A stretch of 64,000 nucleotides of DNA from Candidatus Margulisiibacteriota bacterium (lineage in GTDB: Bacteria > Margulisbacteria > Riflemargulisbacteria > GWF2-35-9), in contig JAQURL010000002.1 in assembly GCA_028715625.1 (NCBI GenBank), positions 2,438 through 66,437 of the forward strand, in the 5' to 3' direction. The notes under the pieces are model-generated. The model did not search any database. It was given only the letters and a program-made list of their open reading frames with translations, and was not told the origin of the DNA. Positions 1-9,679 of the stretch are shown here, piece by piece. The translations under genes and the position numbers were made by a program. How positions within the stretch are numbered: position 1 is the stretch's first letter; the number at the start of each line of letters is the position of its first letter.

Positions 1-543
1 TGTCGCTATCGTTCTATCATGCTCTTCAGCACTTAAAACCATATACCTGGCCTTCAATAGTCCGGTTAATTTTCTTAGTACAGGCTCAAACAACTTTTTA
101 TCTTTTATATTTATATAGGTGACGATAAAAGCCTTGTCTTCAAATAAATTTTTAACGTAATTGGCAATACCGGTTTTTTCAGAGCCCGCCATGGGATGAG
201 CTCCTACAAACATAACTTTTTTAAGCTGCATGCTCTTTACCTGGTCAACAATAAACAGCTTAACGCTAGCCACATCGATAACCAGGGTTTTCTTGTTTAA
301 AAAGGTATCTATCTTTTGAATATATTCCGGGATTATTTCAATGGGTAGGGCTATAATAATTAAATCCACGCTTTTGACTGCTGTTTTTAAATCTGTGCTA
401 CCTTCATCTATCAATTTATATTTATAGGCTTGGGCAATAGTTTCTTTTTTTCTGGCATAACCTTTTACATAAATGCCTTTGTTTCTTAGCTGCCAAGCTA
501 AAGAACTTCCAATCAGGCCCATTCCAACTACTGTAATTTTCAT
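1..543 (-). CDS. tyrA: prephenate dehydrogenase, N-terminal part (gene runs off the left edge)
   Basis: Hand translation of the reverse strand from ATG 543-541 gives [33 protein letters not shown]... (Rossmann GxGxxG). [14 protein letters not shown] is in frame at 181-222. ATGA start/stop overlap with the upstream DAHP synthase gene. The frame stays open to position 1. Confidence 0.8.
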   Translation of the reverse strand, partial: MKITVVGMGLIGSSLAWQLRNKGIYVKGYARKKETIAQAYKYKLIDEGSTDLKTAVKSVDLIIIALPIEIIPEYIQKIDTFLNKKTLVIDVASVKLFIVDQVKSMQLKKVMFVGAHPMAGSEKTGIANYVKNLFEDKAFIVTYINIKDKKLFEPVLRKLTGLLKARYMVLSAEEHDRTIAT

Positions 544-1565
544 GAGGTGATGGTTCGATGGTTCATAGAGGCAATAATTTTAATATCTTCCATAAGTTTT
601 TCAAACTTATCGAAACGCAGCGACTGCGCTCCATCACTTAATGCTTTCTTAGGGTCTGGATGGACCTCAATGGTTATTCCGTCAGCCCCGGCTGCAAGAG
701 CGGCTTTAGCCATGGGTGTTACAAGTTCCCAGCGACCTGTTCCATGGCTTGGGTCTACAACTATTGGCAGATGACTAAGTGTCTTTACTACCGGCACTGC
801 ACTGATATCCAGCGTGTTGCGTGTATAGTTTTCATATGTTTTAATTCCTCTTTCACAAAGGATGACATTGCGGTTGCCTTCTGAAAAAATATATTCTGCG
901 GACATTAGCCATTCCTCAATCGTTGCAGATGGACCTCTTTTTAGCAAAACAGGTTTGCGCGTTTTCCCAACTTCTTTTAATAAATTAAAATTTTGCATAT
1001 TCCTGGCGCCAATTTGCAGAATATCGGCATATTCGGCTACGAGCTTCACGTCTCTGGTATCCATAACCTCTGTAATTATCGGTAGTCCTGTTTTTTCTCT
1101 GGCCTCAGCCAGATACTCCAACCCTTTTTTACCAAGCCCCTGAAAACTGTAAGGCGAGGTCCTGGGTTTAAACGCTCCACCTCGCAAAATATTAGCTCCG
1201 GCTTTTTTTACAAATTTAGCAATCTCAATAATGCCTTCCCTGCTCTCTACCGCACATGGTCCGGCAATTACTGCAATTGGTGATTTGGAGCCGATTGTCA
1301 CTTTTTTATTTATTTTTACCTGAGTATCATCAGGATAAATTTCTCTGGAAACCAGCTTATAGGGCTTCTGAACTGGAATGATTTCCATAACCCCATCCAT
1401 CATCAATATTCTGTCTACCTGTACTTTTGTTTTATCGCCGATTGCTCCTATAACCGTGCGTTCAACGCCTTTGCTAATATGAACCCCAAAACCTTCCTGG
1501 TTTAAAACGTCTGTAATTTTATTTATATCGTTTTCTGTAGCCCCTTTTTTCATTACAATAATCAT
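540..1565 (-). CDS. aroF: 3-deoxy-7-phosphoheptulonate (DAHP) synthase, class I-beta with an N-terminal ferredoxin-like regulatory domain
   Basis: 341-aa ORF. The N-terminal ~70 aa ([21 protein letters not shown]...) is followed by a KDO8P/DAHP-synthase barrel ([32 protein letters not shown]). Length and layout match Thermotoga-type DAHPS. It sits in an aromatic amino-acid cluster. Confidence 0.85.
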   Translation of the reverse strand: MIIVMKKGATENDINKITDVLNQEGFGVHISKGVERTVIGAIGDKTKVQVDRILMMDGVMEIIPVQKPYKLVSREIYPDDTQVKINKKVTIGSKSPIAVIAGPCAVESREGIIEIAKFVKKAGANILRGGAFKPRTSPYSFQGLGKKGLEYLAEAREKTGLPIITEVMDTRDVKLVAEYADILQIGARNMQNFNLLKEVGKTRKPVLLKRGPSATIEEWLMSAEYIFSEGNRNVILCERGIKTYENYTRNTLDISAVPVVKTLSHLPIVVDPSHGTGRWELVTPMAKAALAAGADGITIEVHPDPKKALSDGAQSLRFDKFEKLMEDIKIIASMNHRTITS

Positions 1566-1583
1566 AAATCGTCACCTTTCATT

Positions 1584-1949
1584 TTAATCCAGGTCTTCCC
1601 TGAGGCTTTTGGCATCATGAAGATACACATGTTTAATTTTTTGTTTATCATCCTCAACATTGTAGTGAATTAGAATTCTTATACATTGCCTCATGCTGTT
1701 GGGAACATTTATTTCTCTGGCACACAAAAGCGGAACTTCTGTCCAGCCCAGCTGTCTTGCAGCTACCGCTGGAAATTCAGCGTTCAAATCATCACTCAGG
1801 GTAAAAAATACACTGGCAATCCGTTCCTTTTTTAAAGAATTTTTTTGTATCATTTCCAACAAAAGTTCTTTAGTTTTCATCAGTATTTCAGCTTTTGTAT
1901 TGCTAAGCGCTGTCGTTGCGCCTCTTATTCCTCTTAAAATAAAAACCAC
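1584..1949 (-). CDS. aroH: chorismate mutase, AroH class
   Basis: 121 aa. The N-terminal IRGIRGATT signature is typical of AroH-type monofunctional chorismate mutase. Adjacent to DAHP synthase and tyrA. Confidence 0.8.
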   Translation of the reverse strand: MVFILRGIRGATTALSNTKAEILMKTKELLLEMIQKNSLKKERIASVFFTLSDDLNAEFPAVAARQLGWTEVPLLCAREINVPNSMRQCIRILIHYNVEDDKQKIKHVYLHDAKSLREDLD

Positions 1950-2019
1950 CTCGCTATTTTGCTAAATTTAACAGTAACAGCATATCTTATATCCCGCCTG
2001 ATGATCAACAAGATATTAA

Positions 2020-3189
2020 TCAGAAACTGAATTCGATATTAATATTTGCCTGTTGGTCAAGGCTTGATGTAAGTGTAGAATCATTAACTTTATCTATATT
2101 CAGTCTATTTTCCAGATAACTCATGTTAATCTGCAATACCCAGACGCGAAAGGCTACACCAGCGGAATAACCGAAATATTGTTCCGACAAAGATGCTCCG
2201 GCCCTTAAACGTAATTTAGGTAATATCCAAAAATTTATTAGGTCCTTTTCCATTCCCAAATGATAACTCATTTCCTTGCTGGTACGGTTCAAATTGTGAA
2301 TATCAAAAGCAAGGACCAGGTCCCCGTCCGAATAGGAAAGTCCTGCCCTCAAGTTTTGCAAGGCCCAATCCTCGTTGGCTATCAGGTTCTGCGAGACATT
2401 ACCTTTAATGGGCTGCAGGTTAATGTTGCTGGCAATAAAATTTTCCATGGCCAGCCCCAGGCGAACATTGTTCCACTCAGTCATGATTCCGATGTTCCCG
2501 GCAAATCCTACTCCATTCATTATGCTTGCACTGTTTTGATCGGAAAAAATTGTATTTTCAAAATCAATTGCGTTTTGAATATTATTCGAATTGATCTGAG
2601 CATAAGTCATGTTGTTGTACATTCTGGATAACAATTCACCTCTGCCGGATAAACCCAAAGCAAAAGGGCCCATTTCAAAACTTTTTCCATAAATTGCCAT
2701 AAAATGTGTGTCTTTATTGGCTTTAACTCCTGTTGTCTGAAAAATATACTGCATATCTTCTACTGCGTATAGTGACAAACCATTGTCCGGAGAAAACAGG
2801 CTGAAGTTTAATGCCCTTTTCGCATAAGCTTTTTTCTCCAGCCCTGTATTAAATTGGATCATTTGAGGTCCCGTGCTCTTGTTGTTTTGTATATACTGCA
2901 TCGCGTTAAAGTAGCCCAGATTAAAGAAAAAATCCAGCGAGGCGTTCATGTGTTGCTTGGTGGGTTCTTCCAGTAGTTTCATTACATCCGTTTCGGAATT
3001 ATAAATTTCAGTATCAATAAAATGAAGCCCGGCCGGGTTATAAAACAATGCTCCTTCATCATTAGCCAAACCAACAAAGGCATTGCTCATTCCCCTTGCC
3101 CTGGTTGTGTTTATATCCGGTTCGGAAATAAAGCTTAAAGTAATAACCTGAAACAAAATAATAAGCAGACCCAAAAAGTATCTATGCAT
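2020..3189 (-). CDS. PorV/PorQ-family-like outer-membrane beta-barrel protein
   Basis: 389 aa with a signal-like N-terminus (LGLLIILFQVITLSF). Contains the motif ARGMSNAFVGLANDEGALFYNPAGL, the G-x-G-x-A-x-V-A-x-x-D-D-x-x-A-x-x-x-NPAG signature of PorV/PorQ and UPF0164-type barrels. The sequence is rich in alternating residues and ends in ...NIEFSF (aromatic C-terminal OMP beta-signal). Confidence 0.55.
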   Translation of the reverse strand: MHRYFLGLLIILFQVITLSFISEPDINTTRARGMSNAFVGLANDEGALFYNPAGLHFIDTEIYNSETDVMKLLEEPTKQHMNASLDFFFNLGYFNAMQYIQNNKSTGPQMIQFNTGLEKKAYAKRALNFSLFSPDNGLSLYAVEDMQYIFQTTGVKANKDTHFMAIYGKSFEMGPFALGLSGRGELLSRMYNNMTYAQINSNNIQNAIDFENTIFSDQNSASIMNGVGFAGNIGIMTEWNNVRLGLAMENFIASNINLQPIKGNVSQNLIANEDWALQNLRAGLSYSDGDLVLAFDIHNLNRTSKEMSYHLGMEKDLINFWILPKLRLRAGASLSEQYFGYSAGVAFRVWVLQINMSYLENRLNIDKVNDSTLTSSLDQQANINIEFSF

Positions 3190-3268
3190 AATTACCTCCG
3201 CTAAATTATATGTACTAAAACAATTAACTGAAAATATAATCTTAGAATACTGTTTTTGTTACTAAAAA

Positions 3269-4387
3269 TCAAATCGCTGGGGAAGGGTAATACTCAAGCA
3301 TCAGGTCATCGCCATACCGTTTTGTTTCGCTAAGACTTAATTGCTGCATATCATTTATGCTTTTTTCTCTTGATCCGTTGAAAATAGAGAGAGCGTTATT
3401 ATCTCCCATTATTCTGGGCGCTACAAAAATCACGAACTTGTCCACCATTTGCTGGTTCATTAAGGAGAATGACAACTGACTCCCACCCTCGACAATAATT
3501 GATGTAATATTTAGTTTCCCTAGTTCCAGCATGATTTCATCAAAATTAAAACTTTGATTTTTTGCTTCAAAATATAAAACCGTTATATTGTTATATGAAT
3601 CTTGTAATTTTTCAAATTTTCTTTCGTACATTTTTTGTGTTATAAAAACAATGTGATCCTGCATGTCATATATTTTAGCCTTTTGCGGAGCCTGACCTTT
3701 TTGATCAACTACAATCTTGGTTAATGATTTCGTTTTATTTTTTAACCTTACGTTGAGGGAAGGATCATCTTTTAAAATCGTACCGACACCTGTCATAATG
3801 GCATCATTACTATACCTCAGTTTCTGAACAACATTTCTGGATAAATCATTGGTTATCCATTTGCTGTTTCCATACCTGTCTGCAATTCGGCCATCAAGAG
3901 TTTGTGCCATTTTTAAAGTTATAAAAGGTTTTCTCCACACAATATATTTCCGGAATATTTCATTCAATTTCTGAGCTTCCTGTTCCAGGACCCCATGTAA
4001 AACTTCGATCCCGGCCTGTCTCAGAAGTGCAGGGGCAGAACAGTTCTTCACCAAAGGATTAGGGTCGCTCATAGCATATACAACCCGTTTTATGCCTGCT
4101 TCGATAATAAGTTTGGTACAGGGTGGGTTGTTGCCCCAATGGCAGCAGGGTTCCAGATTCACATATATGGTTGCACCTTTTGCCTTTTTTCCGGCTTTCC
4201 TAAGAGCCTCAGCTTCAGCATGCGGTTTTTTAAAACCTTTATGATAGCCGCTTGCCAGTAATTTATGATCTTTCACGATAACAGCGCCGACCAACGGATT
4301 TGGGGACACGATGCCAATACCCTTTTTTGCCAGGGACAAGGCCTTTTTCATGTATTTAATGTCTTCTTTGGGTAAAAAACTCATCAA
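3269..4387 (-). CDS. ribD: bifunctional riboflavin biosynthesis protein RibD (pyrimidine deaminase / uracil reductase)
   Basis: 372 aa. Carries the CMP/dCMP deaminase zinc motifs HAEAEAL and PCCHWGNNPPC, plus a C-terminal RibD reductase domain. 4-nt overlap with rpe. Confidence 0.9.
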   Translation of the reverse strand: MMSFLPKEDIKYMKKALSLAKKGIGIVSPNPLVGAVIVKDHKLLASGYHKGFKKPHAEAEALRKAGKKAKGATIYVNLEPCCHWGNNPPCTKLIIEAGIKRVVYAMSDPNPLVKNCSAPALLRQAGIEVLHGVLEQEAQKLNEIFRKYIVWRKPFITLKMAQTLDGRIADRYGNSKWITNDLSRNVVQKLRYSNDAIMTGVGTILKDDPSLNVRLKNKTKSLTKIVVDQKGQAPQKAKIYDMQDHIVFITQKMYERKFEKLQDSYNNITVLYFEAKNQSFNFDEIMLELGKLNITSIIVEGGSQLSFSLMNQQMVDKFVIFVAPRIMGDNNALSIFNGSREKSINDMQQLSLSETKRYGDDLMLEYYPSPAI

Positions 4388-5031
4388 ACTTTTTTTAAAT
4401 TCCTGATAGTTTGCCTGATGTCTTTACTGTTAAAAACAGTTGAACCGGCAACCAGCACATTAGCCCCAGCTCTGGTCAGCTGCTTGACATTTTCTTCAGT
4501 AATACCGCCATCAACTTCTATATCAATATTCAGTTTTTGCTTTTCAATTTCTTTTTTCAAGGCCTTAACTTTGTTAATACAATAAGGAATAAGTTTCTGC
4601 CCGGCAAATCCAGGGTTTACTGTCATAACAAGCACCTGGTCAACTATGGACAAGACGGGAAAAACTACTTCAATATTGGTAGAAGGATTTATTGCCAGGG
4701 ATGCCTTGGCGCCTTTTTCTTTAATTAGGTTCAATATTCTGTCCAGATGAACTGAAGCTTCATACTGAATAGAAATTATATCCGCACCGACTTTTATAAA
4801 TTCTTCTACATAATCCTGCGGGTCGAGGATCATCAAGTGCACATCAAGAGGTAAAGATGTAGCTTTTTTTAAATCTTTTATTACTACCGGGCCAAATGTA
4901 ATATTCGGCACAAAGCGGCCGTCCATTACGTCAATATGAACATAATCAGCGCCGGCTTTTTCAATTTTTCGCACATCTTCTGCCAAATGATTAAAATTCG
5001 CAGACAAAATCGAAGGCGCAACTTTTATCAT
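4384..5031 (-). CDS. rpe: ribulose-phosphate 3-epimerase
   Basis: 215 aa with KVAPSILSANF, HIDVMDGRFVPN and VDGGI motifs. Confidence 0.9.
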   Translation of the reverse strand: MIKVAPSILSANFNHLAEDVRKIEKAGADYVHIDVMDGRFVPNITFGPVVIKDLKKATSLPLDVHLMILDPQDYVEEFIKVGADIISIQYEASVHLDRILNLIKEKGAKASLAINPSTNIEVVFPVLSIVDQVLVMTVNPGFAGQKLIPYCINKVKALKKEIEKQKLNIDIEVDGGITEENVKQLTRAGANVLVAGSTVFNSKDIRQTIRNLKKV

Positions 5032-5035
5032 GTCT

Positions 5036-5923
5036 TTAATAATCGCATCTTTTCTTTATCTTTTCAAGCTGGCTATATAGCATCCGGTAAGAGTCATAGC
5101 GCGATTTTTTTATTAATTTTTTTTCTGCAGCCTGCTTTATTGAGCAGTCCGGTTCCTCCTGATGAGAACAGTTGCTGAAACGACATTGAGCAGCAAGGGT
5201 CTGAAATTCAGGGAAACCTCTGGTTAGGTCAATTTGTTTAAACAGGCTTTCATCGAAAAAAGAAAAACCGGGCGTATCAGCTATAAATGTTTTATGTGAA
5301 TCCAGACAATAAAGACTTACCTGTTTGGTCGTCTGTTTTCCTTTTAAGGTCTTTCTGGATATTTCATCCGTTTTTACATTTATATTCATAGACAGATTTT
5401 TTAATAAGGTGGATTTCCCAACTCCGGAGCCTCCGGCAAAGACAATGACTTTATTTTTTATCTCCTCATGAATTTGCTTTTTTTCCTCCGGTTTTAAGTC
5501 CAGCGAATTTAGAAATAAAGGCTCAAAACCTAATGAAGCATAGAACCCCAAATCTTTAAACCCATCTTGATGCACCAGATCTTTCTTGGTAAAAACCAGT
5601 TTTGCTTTGATATTTAAGGAAAAAAGGTAGGCTAAAAATAAATCAATTTGATAAAGTTTATATTCCGGATTTTTCAGAGCAGAAATATAAAAAACCACAT
5701 CAACATTAGCAATACAGGGATGTGTGAGCATATTCTTCCTGGGTTTTACTTCTACAATATTGCCCTTACCACCATTGCTATCAAATATAACATCATCTCC
5801 GACAACAAGATGTTCTATTTTTTTTTGTTTATGGCATGTTTGGGTATTCAAGGATTTTGGGTCAAAAACCTCGTACAGGCTGTTATATATTTTTAATATT
5901 TTACCGTAACCTAAAACGCTCAT
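5036..5923 (-). CDS. rsgA: ribosome small-subunit-dependent GTPase A
   Basis: 295 aa. Circularly permuted GTPase with P-loop GGSGVGKSTLLKNL and C-terminal zinc knuckle CRFSNCSHQEEPDC. Shows the rsgA-rpe synteny seen in B. subtilis cpgA-rpe. Confidence 0.9.
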   Translation of the reverse strand: MSVLGYGKILKIYNSLYEVFDPKSLNTQTCHKQKKIEHLVVGDDVIFDSNGGKGNIVEVKPRKNMLTHPCIANVDVVFYISALKNPEYKLYQIDLFLAYLFSLNIKAKLVFTKKDLVHQDGFKDLGFYASLGFEPLFLNSLDLKPEEKKQIHEEIKNKVIVFAGGSGVGKSTLLKNLSMNINVKTDEISRKTLKGKQTTKQVSLYCLDSHKTFIADTPGFSFFDESLFKQIDLTRGFPEFQTLAAQCRFSNCSHQEEPDCSIKQAAEKKLIKKSRYDSYRMLYSQLEKIKKRCDY

Positions 5924-5934
5924 TACCTTTTTTT

Positions 5935-6804
5935 CTACAAAATGACTTTTCTTGTTTTTGCCAGTTCATTATTGAAATAAACCTCTATCGTTGCTCCTAG
6001 TTCTTCCTCTATTTCAAAATATAATTCTTTCCCGGGCATTACGTTTTCATTATAAAGTATTTGAGAATTATCGCTTTTTATGGAAATAATTTTAATATTG
6101 GTTTTTTCTTTATTCAAACTCTGGCTCACTACCAGATCAATTTTAACCATGAGCCTGTCCAGGCCGGGCTCTATTTGTTCTATATTGATACTAACCGGAT
6201 ACCCTTTGGAAATGTATACTTTAACCGTAGAATCTCTGGTGGCGTACTGTCCTTCCTGCGGGTCTTGCGAGGCTATAACACCCTCTTTATAATCAAATGA
6301 ATAGATGGCATCTGTTTTTTCTATTTTTATAAGTTTATCCTGCAAGAGGCTTTCCGCCTGTTCTAAGGACAGGCCTTTAAGGTCAGGAAGCACCATGCCT
6401 TCCTTACCCATGCTCACGATAAAACCTACTTTACGGCCGGCTTTTACATGGCTGCCTACTTCCGGCCTGCATTCAATTACCTGATTGTTGGAGACCTCTT
6501 CCGAATATCTTTTAGCCAAAACATAACCATTTAGTTTATATTCCTTAAGTACTGCCAACGCGTCCTCTTCATCCAGGCCGACTATATTGGGAACTTTGGT
6601 TTCGGGAATAGCGGTTAAATAATTAACTGCCTGAGAGTATATAAAAGCAAAACCAACACCGATGATTGCAATCAGAATTACTATCAAGACTATCTTATTT
6701 ATCTTTTTCCTGGGCTTGTTTTCCTTTTCCTTTTTCCGATCTTCGCGTGGGGCATCTGCTTTTTCCATAGAAAAAGTATACCGCATGCGTTTTGTTATTA
6801 GCAA
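5935..6804 (-). CDS. membrane-anchored PASTA-domain protein with no kinase domain
   Basis: 289 aa. Has a basic cytoplasmic N-terminus (EDRKKEKENKPRKKINK), one TM (IVLIVILIAIIGVGFAFIY), then PASTA-like units (VPNIVGLDEEDALAVLKEYKL..., VLPDLKGLSLEQAESLLQDKLIKI...). The start could be a downstream Met. Confidence 0.7.
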   Translation of the reverse strand: MLITKRMRYTFSMEKADAPREDRKKEKENKPRKKINKIVLIVILIAIIGVGFAFIYSQAVNYLTAIPETKVPNIVGLDEEDALAVLKEYKLNGYVLAKRYSEEVSNNQVIECRPEVGSHVKAGRKVGFIVSMGKEGMVLPDLKGLSLEQAESLLQDKLIKIEKTDAIYSFDYKEGVIASQDPQEGQYATRDSTVKVYISKGYPVSINIEQIEPGLDRLMVKIDLVVSQSLNKEKTNIKIISIKSDNSQILYNENVMPGKELYFEIEEELGATIEVYFNNELAKTRKVIL

Positions 6805-6888
6805 TATTCTTTATTTTTTAAAGAAATTACTCTTTTCATTTCTGGACAATTATCTGTATAATGAGGTCACGAAAAGGATGTAAGCATT

Positions 6889-8397
6889 ATGACTAAACAG
6901 GAAACACCAAATTTACCACCCTTTGATGAATTTGCTACAAGGCGTCTGAAAAGACAAGCCCTGCTTGATAAGGGCATAAACCCTTATGTACACAGCTATG
7001 AAAAAAAACAAGACATTGGCAAAATTCTCGGATCTGCGACCGGGCTGGAACCCGAAAAACTCAGCCAACTGAAGGTATCAACCGCTGGCAGAATTATTGC
7101 TAAAAGGGGGCATGGAAAAGCGTCTTTCGGTAACATCTGTGATGAATCCGGTAAAATTCAGATTTATTTTAAACAGGACGTTTTGGGTGATGAAAAATAT
7201 GCCTTGTCTCAAAATCTGGATGTTGGTGATATTGTCGGTGTTTCAGGGGAATTATTCATCACTCATACTGGTGAGTTGACCATAAAAATTCAGGATTTTG
7301 TCTTGTTATCCAAGGCGCTTAATCCTCTGCCTGAAAAATATCATGGACTACATGATAAAGAACTGCGTTATCGCAAACGTTACTTGGATCTTATTGCTAA
7401 TCCGGATGTTAAAGATATTTTTAGTAAACGCAGTAAAATTATGGCTTTCATACGAAAATTTTTGACCGACTTGAATTTTATCGAAGTGGAAACTCCGGTT
7501 TTACATACGCTTGCCGGTGGTGCCAGCGCTAAACCTTTCATCACTTATCATAACGCTCTGGATATGAACCTGTATCTAAGAATAGCGTTGGAACTGCATT
7601 TAAAGCGATTAATTGTAGGTGGATTTGAAAAGGTTTTTGAAATCGGCCGCGTTTTTAGAAATGAAGGCATCTCCTTTAAACATAACCCGGAATACACTCT
7701 GCTTGAACTATATCAGGCTTATGCCGACTATAACGACATGATGAGCCTTATGGAAAACCTCCTTTCGGCCCTGGCTAAAGAGATTACAGGAGAGTACAAA
7801 ATAAAGTATGGAGATAATGAGCTGGACTTTACTCCTCCTTTCCCTCGTTTTACCATGCAGGATATAGTTAAAAAACATTCCGGTATTGATATTATCAAGA
7901 CCGACTTCAAGGGTTTAACAAAATTAATTAAGGAAAAACATATCGAAATTCCTGACAACTATACCTCCAAGGGGCAGCTTATTAATCTGTTATATGACAA
8001 ATTGGTTGAACCAAAGCTTATACAGCCGACTTTTGTAATTGACTATCCTGCTGAAACTTCCCCTTTAGCGAAACGTCATCGCAAAGATGATTCTCTTGTG
8101 GAAAGATTTGAACTCATAGTAAACTCACTGGAAATTGCCAACGCATTTTCTGAGCTGAATGACCCTATAGACCAAAGACAGCGCTTTGAAGACCAGCTCA
8201 AACAAAGGGAGGCAGGAGATGAAGAAGCGCATATGATGGATAATGACTTTGTGGAATCACTGGAGTATGGTATGCCGCCCACCGGTGGCTTGGGTATTGG
8301 GATTGACCGCGTTGTAATGCTGCTCACCAATTCTCCTTCTATTCGTGATGTTATTTTCTTCCCACACTTAAAACATAAACCTCTACCGAATGAATAA
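6889..8397 (+). CDS. lysS: lysine--tRNA ligase (class II)
   Basis: 502 aa. N-terminal OB fold plus class II core (FRNEGIS, GGLGIGIDRVVMLLT). Confidence 0.95.
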   Translation: MTKQETPNLPPFDEFATRRLKRQALLDKGINPYVHSYEKKQDIGKILGSATGLEPEKLSQLKVSTAGRIIAKRGHGKASFGNICDESGKIQIYFKQDVLGDEKYALSQNLDVGDIVGVSGELFITHTGELTIKIQDFVLLSKALNPLPEKYHGLHDKELRYRKRYLDLIANPDVKDIFSKRSKIMAFIRKFLTDLNFIEVETPVLHTLAGGASAKPFITYHNALDMNLYLRIALELHLKRLIVGGFEKVFEIGRVFRNEGISFKHNPEYTLLELYQAYADYNDMMSLMENLLSALAKEITGEYKIKYGDNELDFTPPFPRFTMQDIVKKHSGIDIIKTDFKGLTKLIKEKHIEIPDNYTSKGQLINLLYDKLVEPKLIQPTFVIDYPAETSPLAKRHRKDDSLVERFELIVNSLEIANAFSELNDPIDQRQRFEDQLKQREAGDEEAHMMDNDFVESLEYGMPPTGGLGIGIDRVVMLLTNSPSIRDVIFFPHLKHKPLPNE

Positions 8398-9679
8398 CGA
8401 CTGCTTTGATATTGCCATAATCGGAGGCGGGCCTGCCGGTTATGAGGCTGCGCTTGCTGCGGGAAAATACGGTCTTAAATCTTTGCTTGTTGAGGGCAAA
8501 AGCATAGGTGGTACCTGTTTAAATGTAGGTTGCATCCCAACCAAGACCTATCTTCATAAAGCCAAAACTTATGATTTGATTAGAAAAAACATCAATACTT
8601 CGCCTGAACTCAGCGAATTCTCGTCCTTAAAAAATATTAAAAATTCCGCTCAACGTGTTATCAAAAGAATGCAGTTGGGAATGGAAACTAGCCTAAAGGC
8701 TAATAATGTTGTTTATGTTAAAGAAAATGTCGTCGGGTTTGATGCTGCAACATTGATCACGGATCAAAAAAACAAATTTTGGTTTAAAAATCTGATTATC
8801 GCTACTGGTACTAGACCCTTTATTCCTGAACCTTTGATGAATAATAATTTCTATACCAATGAGAATATCTTTGAGCTTGAGGAGCTCCCCGCTTCCATAT
8901 CAATAATTGGTGGCGGTGCTATCGGTGTAGAGTTTGCCTTTTTCTTTTCCTTATTAAATGTTCCTGTAACTTTATATGAAACCGCGCCTTCCATTCTGGC
9001 CTATTTTGATAATGATCTGATTGAAGAAGTACGCAAGTTGCTTAAACGGCAGAAGGTAAAAATATTGGAAAATACAACACCGGATATGGCTTCTTTAAAA
9101 AAAGGCATCGTTCTTGTCGCTACAGGAAGAAAGGCCTGGTTTCCTGAAACTCGACTTAATTTAAAGCTAACTACAAGGGGTTACATCAAAACAAACGCCA
9201 ATTTTCAAACCGACACACAAAATATCTTCGCTATCGGCGATGTAAACGGTCTTTCTCTTCTGGCCCATAGTGCAGCTGACCAGGGCCACCAAGTGCTGAA
9301 CTATATTGCTAAAAAAACTGTTCCGAAAAATAAAGTTATTCCCGGTGTAATTTATACGTCGCCATCTATAACAACCATAGGACTGAGAGAAAAAGATATC
9401 ACGCAAAAAAATCTTTATAAAATTATCAAAATTAACTTTGGTTTGTCTGGAAAATCCCAGGCAGAGGATCAAACAAACGGCTGGGTCAAAGTAATAACAC
9501 AAAAAAATATTCTGAAAGGCTGTCAAATTTTTGGTCATAATAGCGAAGACTTAATACCATTATGCAGCCTTGCGGTTGAAAAAGAAGTTCCTCTGGAGCA
9601 GTTTGCGGAACTGATTTATCCTCATCCTTCTTATTGTGAAGTATTGCGAGACGCGTTCCAAAAAGCGTTAGAAATTTGA
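8390..9679 (+). CDS. lpdA: dihydrolipoyl dehydrogenase-like FAD/NAD(P) disulfide oxidoreductase
   Basis: 429 aa with GGGPAGY, the redox-active GGTCLNVGCIPTK, a second dinucleotide fold IIGGGAIGVEFA, and C-terminal HPSYCE. 8-nt overlap with lysS. Confidence 0.8.
   Translation: MNNDCFDIAIIGGGPAGYEAALAAGKYGLKSLLVEGKSIGGTCLNVGCIPTKTYLHKAKTYDLIRKNINTSPELSEFSSLKNIKNSAQRVIKRMQLGMETSLKANNVVYVKENVVGFDAATLITDQKNKFWFKNLIIATGTRPFIPEPLMNNNFYTNENIFELEELPASISIIGGGAIGVEFAFFFSLLNVPVTLYETAPSILAYFDNDLIEEVRKLLKRQKVKILENTTPDMASLKKGIVLVATGRKAWFPETRLNLKLTTRGYIKTNANFQTDTQNIFAIGDVNGLSLLAHSAADQGHQVLNYIAKKTVPKNKVIPGVIYTSPSITTIGLREKDITQKNLYKIIKINFGLSGKSQAEDQTNGWVKVITQKNILKGCQIFGHNSEDLIPLCSLAVEKEVPLEQFAELIYPHPSYCEVLRDAFQKALEI

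Noticed and set aside
3190-6888. Looked for FMN, TPP, L-box or T-box leaders near ribD, thiS/thiH and lysS, and for a PyrR attenuator before pyrR.
   Set aside because: ribD and thiS have no leader because they overlap the upstream genes. The lysS leader (84 nt) and pyrR leader (61 nt) are too short and lack the conserved riboswitch or T-box/PyrR-binding motifs.
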